From positions 5,834-69,833 of the forward strand of contig JAKLDO010000001.1 of NCBI GenBank assembly GCA_022703485.1: a stretch of 64,000 nucleotides of DNA, written 5' to 3'. Of this stretch, positions 19,009 through 28,220 are shown piece after piece. The translations under genes were made by a program, and so were the position numbers. The stretch is from a bacterium (GTDB taxonomy: Bacteria; UBP6; UBA1177). The notes beneath the pieces are model-generated. The model was not told where the DNA came from and did not search any database. It worked only from the letters and a program-made list of their open reading frames with translations. Numbering within the stretch: the first letter of the stretch is position 1; each line of letters begins with the position of its first letter.

Positions 19009-20066
19009 TTGCTCCCGGAGGCTTTTTTCTTTGTTTTCTCTTCTGCCGGCTCTTTCGTTTCTGCCGGTTCTTCATCTTTTATAAGATTATGTTTTTCTTT
19101 TATCTTTGCAACGATCTCCTTTATGATCTCGGGCTTTTCCTTCAGTGTTTTCGCGGCATTGCCAAGCCCCTGACCAAGTTTTTCATCGCCGTATGTGTAC
19201 CAGCTTCCGCTCTTGTTTATCAACCCGTCGGTCTCAGCTACAGTGACCATGTCGGCAAGCCTGTCTATCCCTTTTCCGTAAATTATATCAAATATCGCCT
19301 CTCTGAAAGGCGGGAACATTTTGTTCTTCTGGATCTTCACTTTAACCTGATTGCCGATAACATCTTCTTTTTCCTTGATGCTCGCTATCTTTCTTATGTC
19401 GATCCTCATCGAAGCATAGAATTTCAGCGCATTTCCGCCGGTTGTGGTCTCAGGATTGCCGAACATTACCCCTATCTTGCTTCTGAGCTGGTTAATAAAA
19501 ATGAGACATGTCTTTGATTTTGATACCGCCGCGGTCAGCTTTCTGAGGGCCTGAGACATCAATCTTGCCTGGACGCCCATGTGACTGTCACCCATCTCAC
19601 CTTCTATCTCACTTCTGGGAACAAGTGCGGCCACGGAGTCAATGACAACGATGTCAACGGCGTTGCTCCTGACGAGGGTTTCTGCTATTTCAAGAGCCTG
19701 TTCAGCATAATCGGGCTGGGAAACCACGAGTGTGTCAATCTGGATCCCGAGCTTTCTTGCATAGTTTATGTCAAAAGCGTGCTCGGCATCGATAAAAGCA
19801 GCGGCTCCGCCTTTTTTCTGGGCTTCGGCGATGGCATGAAGAGCAAGGGTCGTCTTTCCTGAAGATTCAGGTCCGAAGATCTCTACGATCCTGCCTCTCG
19901 GATATCCGCCCACACCCATTGCAATGTCAAGGCTCAAAGCACCCGAAGGTATAACAGGAATATCTACAGTATTTTCATCACCGAGGATCATGATGGATCC
20001 TTTCCCATACTGTTTTTCAACATTTTTAATAACATTTTCAAGCATTTCCTTTCTGGTCTCGACCAT
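19005..20066 (-). CDS. recA: recombinase RecA
   Basis: [10 protein letters not shown], Walker [14 protein letters not shown], and [31 protein letters not shown]. The ORF track starts at TTG 20099. ATG 20066 is preceded by GGAG and gives a canonical N-terminus. There is a Lys-rich C-terminal tail. Confidence 0.95.
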   Translation of the reverse strand: MVETRKEMLENVIKNVEKQYGKGSIMILGDENTVDIPVIPSGALSLDIAMGVGGYPRGRIVEIFGPESSGKTTLALHAIAEAQKKGGAAAFIDAEHAFDINYARKLGIQIDTLVVSQPDYAEQALEIAETLVRSNAVDIVVIDSVAALVPRSEIEGEMGDSHMGVQARLMSQALRKLTAAVSKSKTCLIFINQLRSKIGVMFGNPETTTGGNALKFYASMRIDIRKIASIKEKEDVIGNQVKVKIQKNKMFPPFREAIFDIIYGKGIDRLADMVTVAETDGLINKSGSWYTYGDEKLGQGLGNAAKTLKEKPEIIKEIVAKIKEKHNLIKDEEPAETKEPAEEKTKKKASGSK

Positions 20067-20103
20067 TTTCTTCTCCATAGTGCAGTGTAAATATTTCAAA
20101 TAG

Positions 20104-20421
20104 CTATTTAACTAAGCTGAAAACAGAATACATATTTCTATCCATAAGTACAGTTCTTTTGTATTTTTCTGTTTTATTCTCTATCGTTATAAAAACATTG
20201 TCTTTTTCAATGTTCAGATCTGTTATTTTCGCCCCTTTTTCGAGATCTTTCAGAAAACCCTTAAGTATTGTGGCTTTCTTGAAAAGCTCTATGCCCCTGA
20301 CTGTCTTGAAAAATTCAAAATGTCTGTTCCTGGTAAGCTTTCCGTCAATGACCATTGATATGATGTTCCGGTCCGTCAATTTTTCCCAGCCGCCTGAGGC
20401 TGTCTGTTTTTTTGCGGTCAT
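20104..20421 (-). CDS. hypothetical protein
   Basis: 105-aa ORF packed between the murU-like gene and recA, with gaps of 18 and about 4-37 nt. No motif recognised. Confidence 0.4.
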   Translation of the reverse strand: MTAKKQTASGGWEKLTDRNIISMVIDGKLTRNRHFEFFKTVRGIELFKKATILKGFLKDLEKGAKITDLNIEKDNVFITIENKTEKYKRTVLMDRNMYSVFSLVK

Positions 20422-20439
20422 TGTATACTCCCGAAACAG

Positions 20440-21441
20440 TTAATAATAGATCTTTCCTTTTTTCCCCGGAAGGAACCTGCTTCCGTCAGACCCGTCAAGA
20501 TAAATAGCGTTCGAGGTGTCAGCTCCTTTCGGGATTTTCACCTTTTCTCCGAGAACAAGATTAGGTCCGGCCCTGTCTATCTTTTCAAGGTCGGCTCCGT
20601 TCCCTACGATCAGCGGAGGTTTAAGCGGAATTGCAGGCGCTTTTACATTCCTGCCCATCACAACAAGGGTTTCGTGTTCAATGACTTCAGGTTTGAGAGT
20701 ATATTTTTCAAAAGGATCGAAATAATGAAGCGGCAGGCTTTTGATCAGTTCAAAATTACACTCGAGGTAATCATCGGGAGTCCCCATGTCCCACCATTTT
20801 CCGTCAACGAAAACAGCGTTTATCTGTTCCTGATGCTGGACCATCCTTCTGTAGACATAGCCTGTTATCGATGTAAAGATGTTTTCCGGAATGTACTCAA
20901 GTATGGAAGGATCTATTATGTGAACCCCGGTAAATATCGCATTTCCTTCAGGAACTGTCTTGGTGAAAGATGCGTCGAGCATTCTGACTATCTTGGAATT
21001 CTCATCAACGGTTATCACGGCTCTCGGGTCTTTGTGGGAAGATGATATTACTCCGAGAGTGACCCTGCTTTTAGATCTGTCATGGCTGTTGATCATTTCA
21101 TCCAGGTCGAAATCGAATATCGTGTCGGAGTTTATCACCATGAACGGCGTATCAGCCACACCTCTCATGTTGCCTATCGCTCCGCCTGTCCCGAGGATAT
21201 CCTTTTCCTTCATATATTTTATCCTGACACCGTATTTTTTTCCGTTGCCCAGATATTTCTCTATTTTTTCGCCGTTATGGTGAAGATTTATAAAAATGTC
21301 CTTTATGCCGTAATGTTTGAGAAAATTGATGTTATACTCTATCACCGGTCTGTTAAGTACAGGAATAAGGGGCTTGGGAATAATGTCCGTCACGGGGGAA
21401 AGCCTCGTCCCGAAGCCGGCTGCGAGTATCAGAGCTTTCAT
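20440..21441 (-). CDS. sugar-1-phosphate nucleotidyltransferase (MurU-like)
   Basis: N-terminal MKALILAAGFGTRLSPVTDIIPKPLIPV. Overlaps the upstream kinase gene by 4 nt, the arrangement known for amgK-murU. Confidence 0.6.
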   Translation of the reverse strand: MKALILAAGFGTRLSPVTDIIPKPLIPVLNRPVIEYNINFLKHYGIKDIFINLHHNGEKIEKYLGNGKKYGVRIKYMKEKDILGTGGAIGNMRGVADTPFMVINSDTIFDFDLDEMINSHDRSKSRVTLGVISSSHKDPRAVITVDENSKIVRMLDASFTKTVPEGNAIFTGVHIIDPSILEYIPENIFTSITGYVYRRMVQHQEQINAVFVDGKWWDMGTPDDYLECNFELIKSLPLHYFDPFEKYTLKPEVIEHETLVVMGRNVKAPAIPLKPPLIVGNGADLEKIDRAGPNLVLGEKVKIPKGADTSNAIYLDGSDGSRFLPGKKGKIYY

Positions 21442-22487
21442 TTTTTCCTGTCTCCCGGTGAAAGTTCGGGTATGTACGGACCCAGAATGTCAAGAAGGTC
21501 TTCCATGTCAAGCTTTATTATTGTGCTCCTGACATATCCGAGAGTCGGAACAACATAAGGTATGAACCATTCTTTACCCTTTACCTGATTGAGGTAGATG
21601 AACCTTCCCGCATCTTTCATTTTTCTCTGAAGGGTCTGAATGTAAAAAGTTCTTTCAAAAAACTCATAATCGGAGAAAAGCTCTCTTGCGACACCGTTGA
21701 TATTCCAGAAATGTTTCAGCATTATCTCGACCTCTTCATCGGAAAGAACAATGTATGAATCACGCAGAAGTGCCACCAGATCATAAACTGCCGGAGCCAT
21801 CAGAGCGTCCTGAAAGTCTATGAGATAGCTTTTTCCATTCTTTATCATTATGTTCTTTGACTGAAAATCCCTGTGTGAAAAGAAATACGGAGCTTTTGAA
21901 AGCTCTGCGGATATTCTTTTGAACTTCTTCTCAAGCTTGGGCCACAAATGATTGAAAGGTCTGTCATACACCCTTTTCGCGATCATATATTCATAAAAAT
22001 GATAGAATTCATCCATGAAAAGTGATGTTCCGAACACTCTTCTGTCAGCAGGCGAATCAAACCTTTCCCGCTTGTAAAGGGCAGTTTGCGTTTTTGCAAG
22101 AAGTTCAACTGCAGACTTTACATACTTCATTTTATTGGCTCTGTCCGATTCCACCATCTTAAACATCGTCACATCACCGAGGTCCTCGAGAAGAAGAGCT
22201 TTCTGGTCCTCCATGACGGAGTATATTTTCGGGACTTTGATGCCGCATTCTTCAAAAAGCGCCCTTATAGCTATGAAATCAAAGAATGAATCACCCCTTC
22301 CGAACTCCCCCGGCTTCACATCCGCAACTTTCATGAGAATGGCGGAACCTTCGTCAAATGTTATTCTGAAATACTGTCGCCCTGAAGCATCGCCGAAAAG
22401 CGGTTCGGCTTTAAAATCAAAGACTTTCCTTTTTTTATAACTTGAAAGAAGTGCATAGGAGATCAGTTCTATAGATCTGTCCATCAT
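21438..22487 (-). CDS. aminoglycoside-phosphotransferase-fold sugar kinase (AmgK-like)
   Basis: Catalytic loop HRDFQSKNIMI and LIDFQDA. Paired with the nucleotidyltransferase immediately downstream. Confidence 0.55.
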   Translation of the reverse strand: MMDRSIELISYALLSSYKKRKVFDFKAEPLFGDASGRQYFRITFDEGSAILMKVADVKPGEFGRGDSFFDFIAIRALFEECGIKVPKIYSVMEDQKALLLEDLGDVTMFKMVESDRANKMKYVKSAVELLAKTQTALYKRERFDSPADRRVFGTSLFMDEFYHFYEYMIAKRVYDRPFNHLWPKLEKKFKRISAELSKAPYFFSHRDFQSKNIMIKNGKSYLIDFQDALMAPAVYDLVALLRDSYIVLSDEEVEIMLKHFWNINGVARELFSDYEFFERTFYIQTLQRKMKDAGRFIYLNQVKGKEWFIPYVVPTLGYVRSTIIKLDMEDLLDILGPYIPELSPGDRKK

Positions 22488-23104
22488 TTATTCTCCAACT
22501 GTTCGTAAAATTCAAATATGACTGAAAAAAAATAAGGAAAAAGCAGTGCTCCCAGAAATATGAACAAAGGCGGGAAAAGTTCAGAGATCATGAAAGCGAC
22601 CGCCATTGAAGAAAAGAATATCAATGAAAAAAGGAACAGTGACAGCCTGTAGCCTGCACCGCATCTCATACTTTCCAGACATGAATCAACAGCTCCCAGA
22701 CCGTTAATGGAAGCATAGAAAAAAGAGAACATGAACACGCTGAAAAGGAATACTCCCGGGATCACAAGCAGAGCAAACCCTGCTGCAAGGAAAGGAAGAA
22801 GAAAAAGGGATATAAAAAAACCCCTGACAAAAAAAACGCACGCAGACTTTATATTCAGGAACTTAAGGCCCCTTCCGCTTGAAGTACCGGATATCACATC
22901 GGCAAGCAGCATGAAAAAAAACCCTTGAAGAGCCAATGTTAAAAAGATCCCGGCAGCTATATCACTAAAAAACAGATATGCCGGCACAGAAACAGGCACA
23001 CCTGCAATAAAAAACTTAAAGAAATTAGACCTGTACTGGATCCATCCCTGCTCAAAGGCTCCTGCAAAGTCAAGCGTTTCCACTTTACGGGGTTCGCCTG
23101 TCAT
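22484..23104 (-). CDS. polytopic membrane protein (hypothetical)
   Basis: Five or six hydrophobic spans. 4-nt overlap with the downstream kinase gene. Confidence 0.5.
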   Translation of the reverse strand: MTGEPRKVETLDFAGAFEQGWIQYRSNFFKFFIAGVPVSVPAYLFFSDIAAGIFLTLALQGFFFMLLADVISGTSSGRGLKFLNIKSACVFFVRGFFISLFLLPFLAAGFALLVIPGVFLFSVFMFSFFYASINGLGAVDSCLESMRCGAGYRLSLFLFSLIFFSSMAVAFMISELFPPLFIFLGALLFPYFFSVIFEFYEQLENK

Positions 23105-23189
23105 CTTTCCTCCATTGGAAGAGTTTTATCATTTTACCTTTTATTGATTTTCCGGTCAACAATAATCATTTAACAATGTGCTCAATTAT

Positions 23190-23218
23190 TTGATTTAAAT
23201 GCACTCATATTATAGAAT
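23190..23218 (+). promoter_or_regulatory. sigma70-type promoter TTGATT-17-TAGAAT
   Basis: ttgatt at 23190-23195, 17-nt spacer, tagaat at 23213-23218. SD aggag lies at 23238-23242 and the ATG at 23253. Confidence 0.35.
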
Positions 23219-23252
23219 CCCTGACATGTTCCTGTTTAGGAGATCTTTTTGA

Positions 23253-24632
23253 ATGAAAACATATCTTACATCGTTCATCGCTTCGTTCATTTTTGTCGTT
23301 GCGATAACACCTTTTCTCATAAAAGCCGGCATAAAGTACGGGTTTGTGGACACCGTCAACAGAAGGAAAATCCATCAGGGCTTGATACCCAGGATCGGAG
23401 GTATAGGGATAGCTCTAGGCACCATGTTCCCCCTTTTTCTTCTTTTTTTCTTTTACAAAAACGAAGTGTCAAAAATACTTTTTAATTCATTTCAGAATGT
23501 CTGTGTTATAATTTTCGGAGGCCTTGCAATAAGCATTTTCGGACTTTATGATGACATTAAAGGTGTCAACGCGAAGATCAAGCTTGCATTTCAAGTCCTT
23601 CTTGCCGCCGGCGCGTGGTATGCCGGATTTGAAATATCTGTCGTTTCGTCACCCTTCGGAGTTATAAATCTTGGATGGTTGGGGACCTTCGTCACAATAT
23701 TATGGATCGTAGGGATCATTAATGCTTTCAATCTGATAGACGGAATGGACGGGCTTTCTTCAGGCGTATCGTTCTTTGCCTGCATAACCATAATGACTCT
23801 TTCCATAGCGAACGGCACCATGTTCGTGGCACTCGTTTCAGCCGCACTGGCCGGAGCTGTGGTCGGCTTTCTGATATACAATTTCAATCCCGCTAAGATA
23901 TTCATGGGTGACGCGGGGTCCATGTTCATAGGATATATGCTTTCCGTGCTCGCCCTCAAAAGCCAGTCAAAGGGACACACTCTTGTTTCTCTGCTCGTTC
24001 CGATAATAGCAATGGGACTCCCTATCCTTGACACCACGCTTGCATTCATAAGGAGATATATGCGCAACCAGTCCATATTCGCCGCGGACAGACAGCACAT
24101 TCATCATATGCTTCTTTCAAAAGGGTGGAACCAGAAAAAAGTCGTTCTTGTTCTTTACGGGATAACAGTTTTTTTCACAGTGCTCGCCATGCTCCTGATC
24201 TTCAATAAAGATGCTGAAAGCTTCCTTGTTATAACGGTTTTCTCCATCGTTGTAGGTGTCATAATAACAAAACTCGGCTATCTTGAGATCCTTTACAGCC
24301 GCTTCAAAACGGGGAAAGAAGACAGGCTGGAGAACATTCTTGAAAAATACTTTCTGGAAAAACTTTCTTCAACGGATGTCGCTGGGACGATCTTTTCCTC
24401 TCTGCCGATCAAAGGTTTTGAAATACTTGACGATAACGGTGTCCAGATCACATTTTCCGGCGAAAGCGATAAAATGAATTTTATAGACATCGCTGTTGAA
24501 AACAAATCATATGTGAGATTTTTCTGGAATACGCGGATCCCCACAATTAACACAAGAGAGTCAGCAATGCTTTCAATACTCGCCAAATCCATAAACCAGA
24601 ATATATCCCCTGAAAAAACCGGTGAAAAATGA
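23253..24632 (+). CDS. polyprenyl-phosphate N-acetylhexosamine-1-phosphate transferase (MraY/WecA family)
   Basis: Motifs RKIHQGLIPRIGG, NAFNLIDGMDGL and FMGDAGSMFIGY across about 10 TM spans. It also has a ~120-aa soluble C-terminal extension. Confidence 0.8.
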   Translation: MKTYLTSFIASFIFVVAITPFLIKAGIKYGFVDTVNRRKIHQGLIPRIGGIGIALGTMFPLFLLFFFYKNEVSKILFNSFQNVCVIIFGGLAISIFGLYDDIKGVNAKIKLAFQVLLAAGAWYAGFEISVVSSPFGVINLGWLGTFVTILWIVGIINAFNLIDGMDGLSSGVSFFACITIMTLSIANGTMFVALVSAALAGAVVGFLIYNFNPAKIFMGDAGSMFIGYMLSVLALKSQSKGHTLVSLLVPIIAMGLPILDTTLAFIRRYMRNQSIFAADRQHIHHMLLSKGWNQKKVVLVLYGITVFFTVLAMLLIFNKDAESFLVITVFSIVVGVIITKLGYLEILYSRFKTGKEDRLENILEKYFLEKLSSTDVAGTIFSSLPIKGFEILDDNGVQITFSGESDKMNFIDIAVENKSYVRFFWNTRIPTINTRESAMLSILAKSINQNISPEKTGEK

Positions 24633-25971
24633 AAGTAATGAAATTCGGCGGCATCTCGGTAAAAGATGCCTCTGCGATCAGGGCTTTCGCAGATATCCTT
24701 AAAAAAGACCCTGAAAAAAAGATCGTTGTAGTTTCCGCATTTTTCGGAATTACAGACCATTTAAGAAAATTGACGACCTTGTCAGGAAAAATGATTCCGC
24801 CGGTGCTCTTGAACAGGTGGACATCATTGAAAATGTTACCTTGAAAATTATAGAAGACCTTGAAATGTGCAAGGTTTCCACTGGGTTTTCAAAAGAAAAG
24901 CTCTTTGAGCTCCGCCAGCTTGTCCCGGCACTGACACTTCTTGGAGAGACAACTCCGCGGTCAATAGATACGATCCTGTCGTTCGGAGAAAGGATAAGCA
25001 GTTTTGTAATAGCTGATTTTCTAAATTCATCAGGAATAAGGACGGCTTTTCTCGATGCCGCGCTTGTCATTTCAACAGACAGCAATCATACAAATGCGAC
25101 AGTTCAGATGGAAAGAACTGAGGAGCTTATCACAAAAACAGCTGTTCCTCTTTTTGAAAAGAACGACTGCATCATAACTGCTGGTTTTATCGGCCGGGAT
25201 AGTCTTGGCGCCATAACAACTCTCGGCAAAGGCGGAAGTGATTATTCGGCTTCCGTTTTCGCCACATGCTCAAAAGCCGCTGTTCTTGAAATATGGAAAG
25301 AAGTCGACGGAATAATGACAACCGATCCGCGTATCGTTCCGGAAGCCCTTCCCGTGAAATCCCTTTCATACACCGAAGCTTCCGAGCTTGCGTACTTCGG
25401 AGCGAAAGTTCTCCACCCAAAAACCATAAGGACCACAGTAATGGCAGGGATCCCGGTCATAGTTAAAAAAACATCCGATCCTGCTTTTCAAGGGACTGAA
25501 ATAAACCATGAACCTGCTGAAACAGGAAGAGTAAAGGCCATCGCTTTCCAGAAAGATGTCATTGTGATCAACATCTGTTCTGAAAAAATGCTGGGAACTT
25601 ACGGTTTTCTCAGCAGGGTCTTTGATATTTTCACAAAGTTCAAAACTCCTGTCGATCTTATCACCACCTCAGAGATAAACATCAGTGTTACTGTCGAGAA
25701 TAACGAGCATATAGATGAAATTGTTGAAGAATTATCATCTTTTGCCGCAGTCACTGTTTCAGGCCGGGTCGCCATCATAAGTCTTGTAGGGGCAGGAATA
25801 AAATTCGCACCTGGAATAGCGGCAAGATGTTTCGGGGCTCTTGACAAAGTAAATGTTCTGATGGTGAGCATGGGGGCTTCGGATGCCAACCTCAGCATCA
25901 TTGTGGATCAGTCTGAAATGGAAAGTTCGGTGAAACTGCTTCATCACGAGTTTTTTGAGAAAAGGAACTGA
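24629..25971 (+). pseudogene. lysC: aspartate kinase interrupted by a 1-nt frame change near 24758-24770
   Basis: ORF 24629..24844 encodes the aspartokinase N-terminus (MKVMKFGGISVKD...VVVSAFFGITDHL). The rest continues in the -1 frame as ...FKKIDDLVRKNDFAGALEQVDIIENVTLKII..., joining ORF 24817..25971 (LSFGERISSFVIADFL..., ACT domains). The two frames overlap around catttaagaaaattgac. Confidence 0.75.
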
Positions 25972-25972
25972 C

Positions 25973-27211
25973 ATGATCGATAAAAAGATACTGCAGGCTC
26001 TGCTTAAAAAAGTTGAAACACCGTTCTATGTTTATGATGCGCAGATCATCAGAGAGAACTGCTCAAAACTTAAGAACGCGTTCTCAAAATATTATCCGGA
26101 CACAGAGATCCACTATGCTGTAAAAGCCAATAACTGTCCGGAAGTGCTGAGAATAATAAAAAATGCCGGACTCGGTGTCGACTGTTCAAGTCCCTTTGAA
26201 CTTCTGATATCACAGAAAACAGGGTTCAAACGGTCGGCCATAATGTATACCGGAAATTATGAAAGCCCGGAAGACCTTGATTTTGCTTTGAAATATGCCG
26301 GACTTATAAATCTTGATGACATTTCATCATTTTACAGGATCAAAGATCTTTCTCTCCCCGAAATCGTATCTTTCAGAATAAACCCCGGCATAGGTAAAGG
26401 CGGTTTTGAAGGGATAACGACAGGCGGAGTCGATGCAAAATTCGGAATACCTTACGAAAAAGCGCTCGAAGCATACAAAACCGCTTTCAGATCCGGCGCA
26501 AGAAGGTTCGGCATTCACATGATGACGGGTTCAAATAATCTCGAACCGCTCTATTTTGCTGAAACAACTGATAAACTTATGCATATTGCCGGTTCCATTT
26601 TCTCAAGTCTCGGGGTCACCCCCGAATATATCGATATAGGCGGAGGTTTCGGGATCCCCTATACCGACGATGAGGTTCCGCTGGACATTGAAAGAACTGC
26701 AGAACTTGTATGTGAAAGATTTAAAGCGAACTGTTCAAAATTCAAATTCGGGAACCCGGTTCTGAGGATCGAGCCCGGCAGATATATCACCGGAAATGCA
26801 GGGGTGCTTGTTACAAAAGTCACAGGAAAAAAAGAAAGTTACAGGAATTATACAGGTGTGGATGCCGGAATGAACACTCTCATAAGGCCTGCTCTTTATA
26901 ATGCTTTCCACAGAATGGAAACACCTTTTAAAAAAAGAACCGGGCACTTAAAGACAGATGTGTGCGGCAGGATATGTGAAAATTCTGACATTTTCTGCCG
27001 GAACATTCCGCTTCCGCTTCTTGACGAAGGAGACATTATCGTATTCCGCGACTCAGGAGCATACGGTTCTACAATGAGCTCGAACTATAATGGAAGGCCC
27101 CGCCCCGGTGAGATCGTTACGGATTCAGGAAAAATTATATACTTAAAAGAAAGAGAGCGTCTTGAAAAAATGGTGGCGCTTCATTATGAACAAGATGAAC
27201 AAAAGCCTTGA
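25973..27211 (+). CDS. lysA: diaminopimelate decarboxylase
   Basis: PLP-Lys motif HYAVKANN, plus DIGGGFGIPY, EPGRYITGNAG, CGRICENSD and GAYGSTMSSNYNGRPRP. Start moved to ATG 25973. Adjacent to lysC. Confidence 0.8.
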   Translation: MIDKKILQALLKKVETPFYVYDAQIIRENCSKLKNAFSKYYPDTEIHYAVKANNCPEVLRIIKNAGLGVDCSSPFELLISQKTGFKRSAIMYTGNYESPEDLDFALKYAGLINLDDISSFYRIKDLSLPEIVSFRINPGIGKGGFEGITTGGVDAKFGIPYEKALEAYKTAFRSGARRFGIHMMTGSNNLEPLYFAETTDKLMHIAGSIFSSLGVTPEYIDIGGGFGIPYTDDEVPLDIERTAELVCERFKANCSKFKFGNPVLRIEPGRYITGNAGVLVTKVTGKKESYRNYTGVDAGMNTLIRPALYNAFHRMETPFKKRTGHLKTDVCGRICENSDIFCRNIPLPLLDEGDIIVFRDSGAYGSTMSSNYNGRPRPGEIVTDSGKIIYLKERERLEKMVALHYEQDEQKP

Positions 27212-27235
27212 CAAAGCTTTCCCTGCAAATAGAAT
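27208..27235 (+). promoter_or_regulatory. sigma70-type promoter TTGACA-16-TAGAAT
   Basis: ttgaca at 27208-27213 (overlaps the lysA stop), 16-nt spacer, tagaat at 27230-27235. It sits upstream of GTG 27265. Confidence 0.4.
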
Positions 27236-27264
27236 CAATATGTTTTTTTAACTGAGGTTTTGCC

Positions 27265-27480
27265 GTGACGGAAAAAACAAAACAGAACAAGCTCAAGGAT
27301 TACAGAGAGCAGCATCTCATTAGCAAGACCGAACTGGCAAGAAATGCCGAGATATCGCTTGTCACACTTGACAGGATAGAAAAAGGGTTCGATTGCAGAC
27401 TTTCAACTAAAAGAAAAATCATAGAAGCTCTCGGGCTTCATCTTGACGATAAAGACGAAATTTTCCCTGAAAACTCCTAA
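27265..27480 (+). CDS. XRE-family helix-turn-helix protein
   Basis: 71 aa with HTH ISKTELARNAEISLVTLDRIEKG. GTG start with a GAGG Shine-Dalgarno sequence. Confidence 0.65.
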   Translation: MTEKTKQNKLKDYREQHLISKTELARNAEISLVTLDRIEKGFDCRLSTKRKIIEALGLHLDDKDEIFPENS

Positions 27481-28061
27481 ACTGAAAGATCTCTTGCAAT
27501 TGTTTTGACTATCGCTTTGAATGTTTCAAAAACTTTATGTCCGCTTGCCGCAGAAGCCACATATTCTTCATATTTCCCTTCCGGATTGAATATCCTGCTC
27601 ATTTCATCAACGCTCATTGAGTTGGGAAGATCTGTTTTATTATACTGGATAACCATCGGGATGCGGTCAAGTATCAATGAGTTCATAAAAAGGTTCTTTT
27701 TCAGATTTTCGAAACTTTCGATGTTAGCATCAAGACGCTCTTTCTGCGAATCGACAACAAAAACTATTCCGTCACAGCCTTTTAGAATAAGCTGTCTTGA
27801 AGCGTCATAAAAAACCTGTCCGGCAACTGAATAGAGGTGCACCCTTAGCTTCATCCCCTTTATCTTTCCTATGTTCAGAGGAAGAAAATCAAAAAAAAGC
27901 GTCCTCTCTGTCTCGGTCTTTATGGATATCATTTTCCCCCTTGTGGAGGGGTCTACATTTTTGTATATATATTCAATATTAGTTGTTTTTCCTGACAATC
28001 CTGAACCGTAGTAAACTATCTTGCAGGTTATCTCTTTGAAGATCCTGTTTATCTGGACCAA
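27477..28061 (-). CDS. mglA: Ras-like small GTPase MglA
   Basis: Near-collinear with Myxococcus MglA as I remember it: CKIVYYGSGLSGKTTNIEYIY, TERTLFFDFLP, LYSVAGQVFYDASRQLILKG, VVDSQ, IQYNKTDL. TTG start preceded by AGGGGG. Confidence 0.85.
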   Translation of the reverse strand: MVQINRIFKEITCKIVYYGSGLSGKTTNIEYIYKNVDPSTRGKMISIKTETERTLFFDFLPLNIGKIKGMKLRVHLYSVAGQVFYDASRQLILKGCDGIVFVVDSQKERLDANIESFENLKKNLFMNSLILDRIPMVIQYNKTDLPNSMSVDEMSRIFNPEGKYEEYVASAASGHKVFETFKAIVKTIARDLSV

Positions 28062-28220
28062 GCTGCCCCCTGTTCCTGTTTTTACATTAAAATGCCAAAA
28101 ATAATACTTTCAGAAAAAATATATTTCAATTTTTTAATGCAGTTTATAGATTTTTACCATAAAAATATGTATGCTTTCTACTGTGTTGTTTTCTTTCAGG
28201 TCTTAATCAGGGAGAGATAA

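Noticed and set aside
24755-24775. Programmed -1 ribosomal frameshift in lysC.
   Set aside because: There is no X-XXY-YYZ slippery heptamer in the zero frame and no obvious downstream stem-loop or pseudoknot. A 1-nt indel or assembly error is the more parsimonious explanation.
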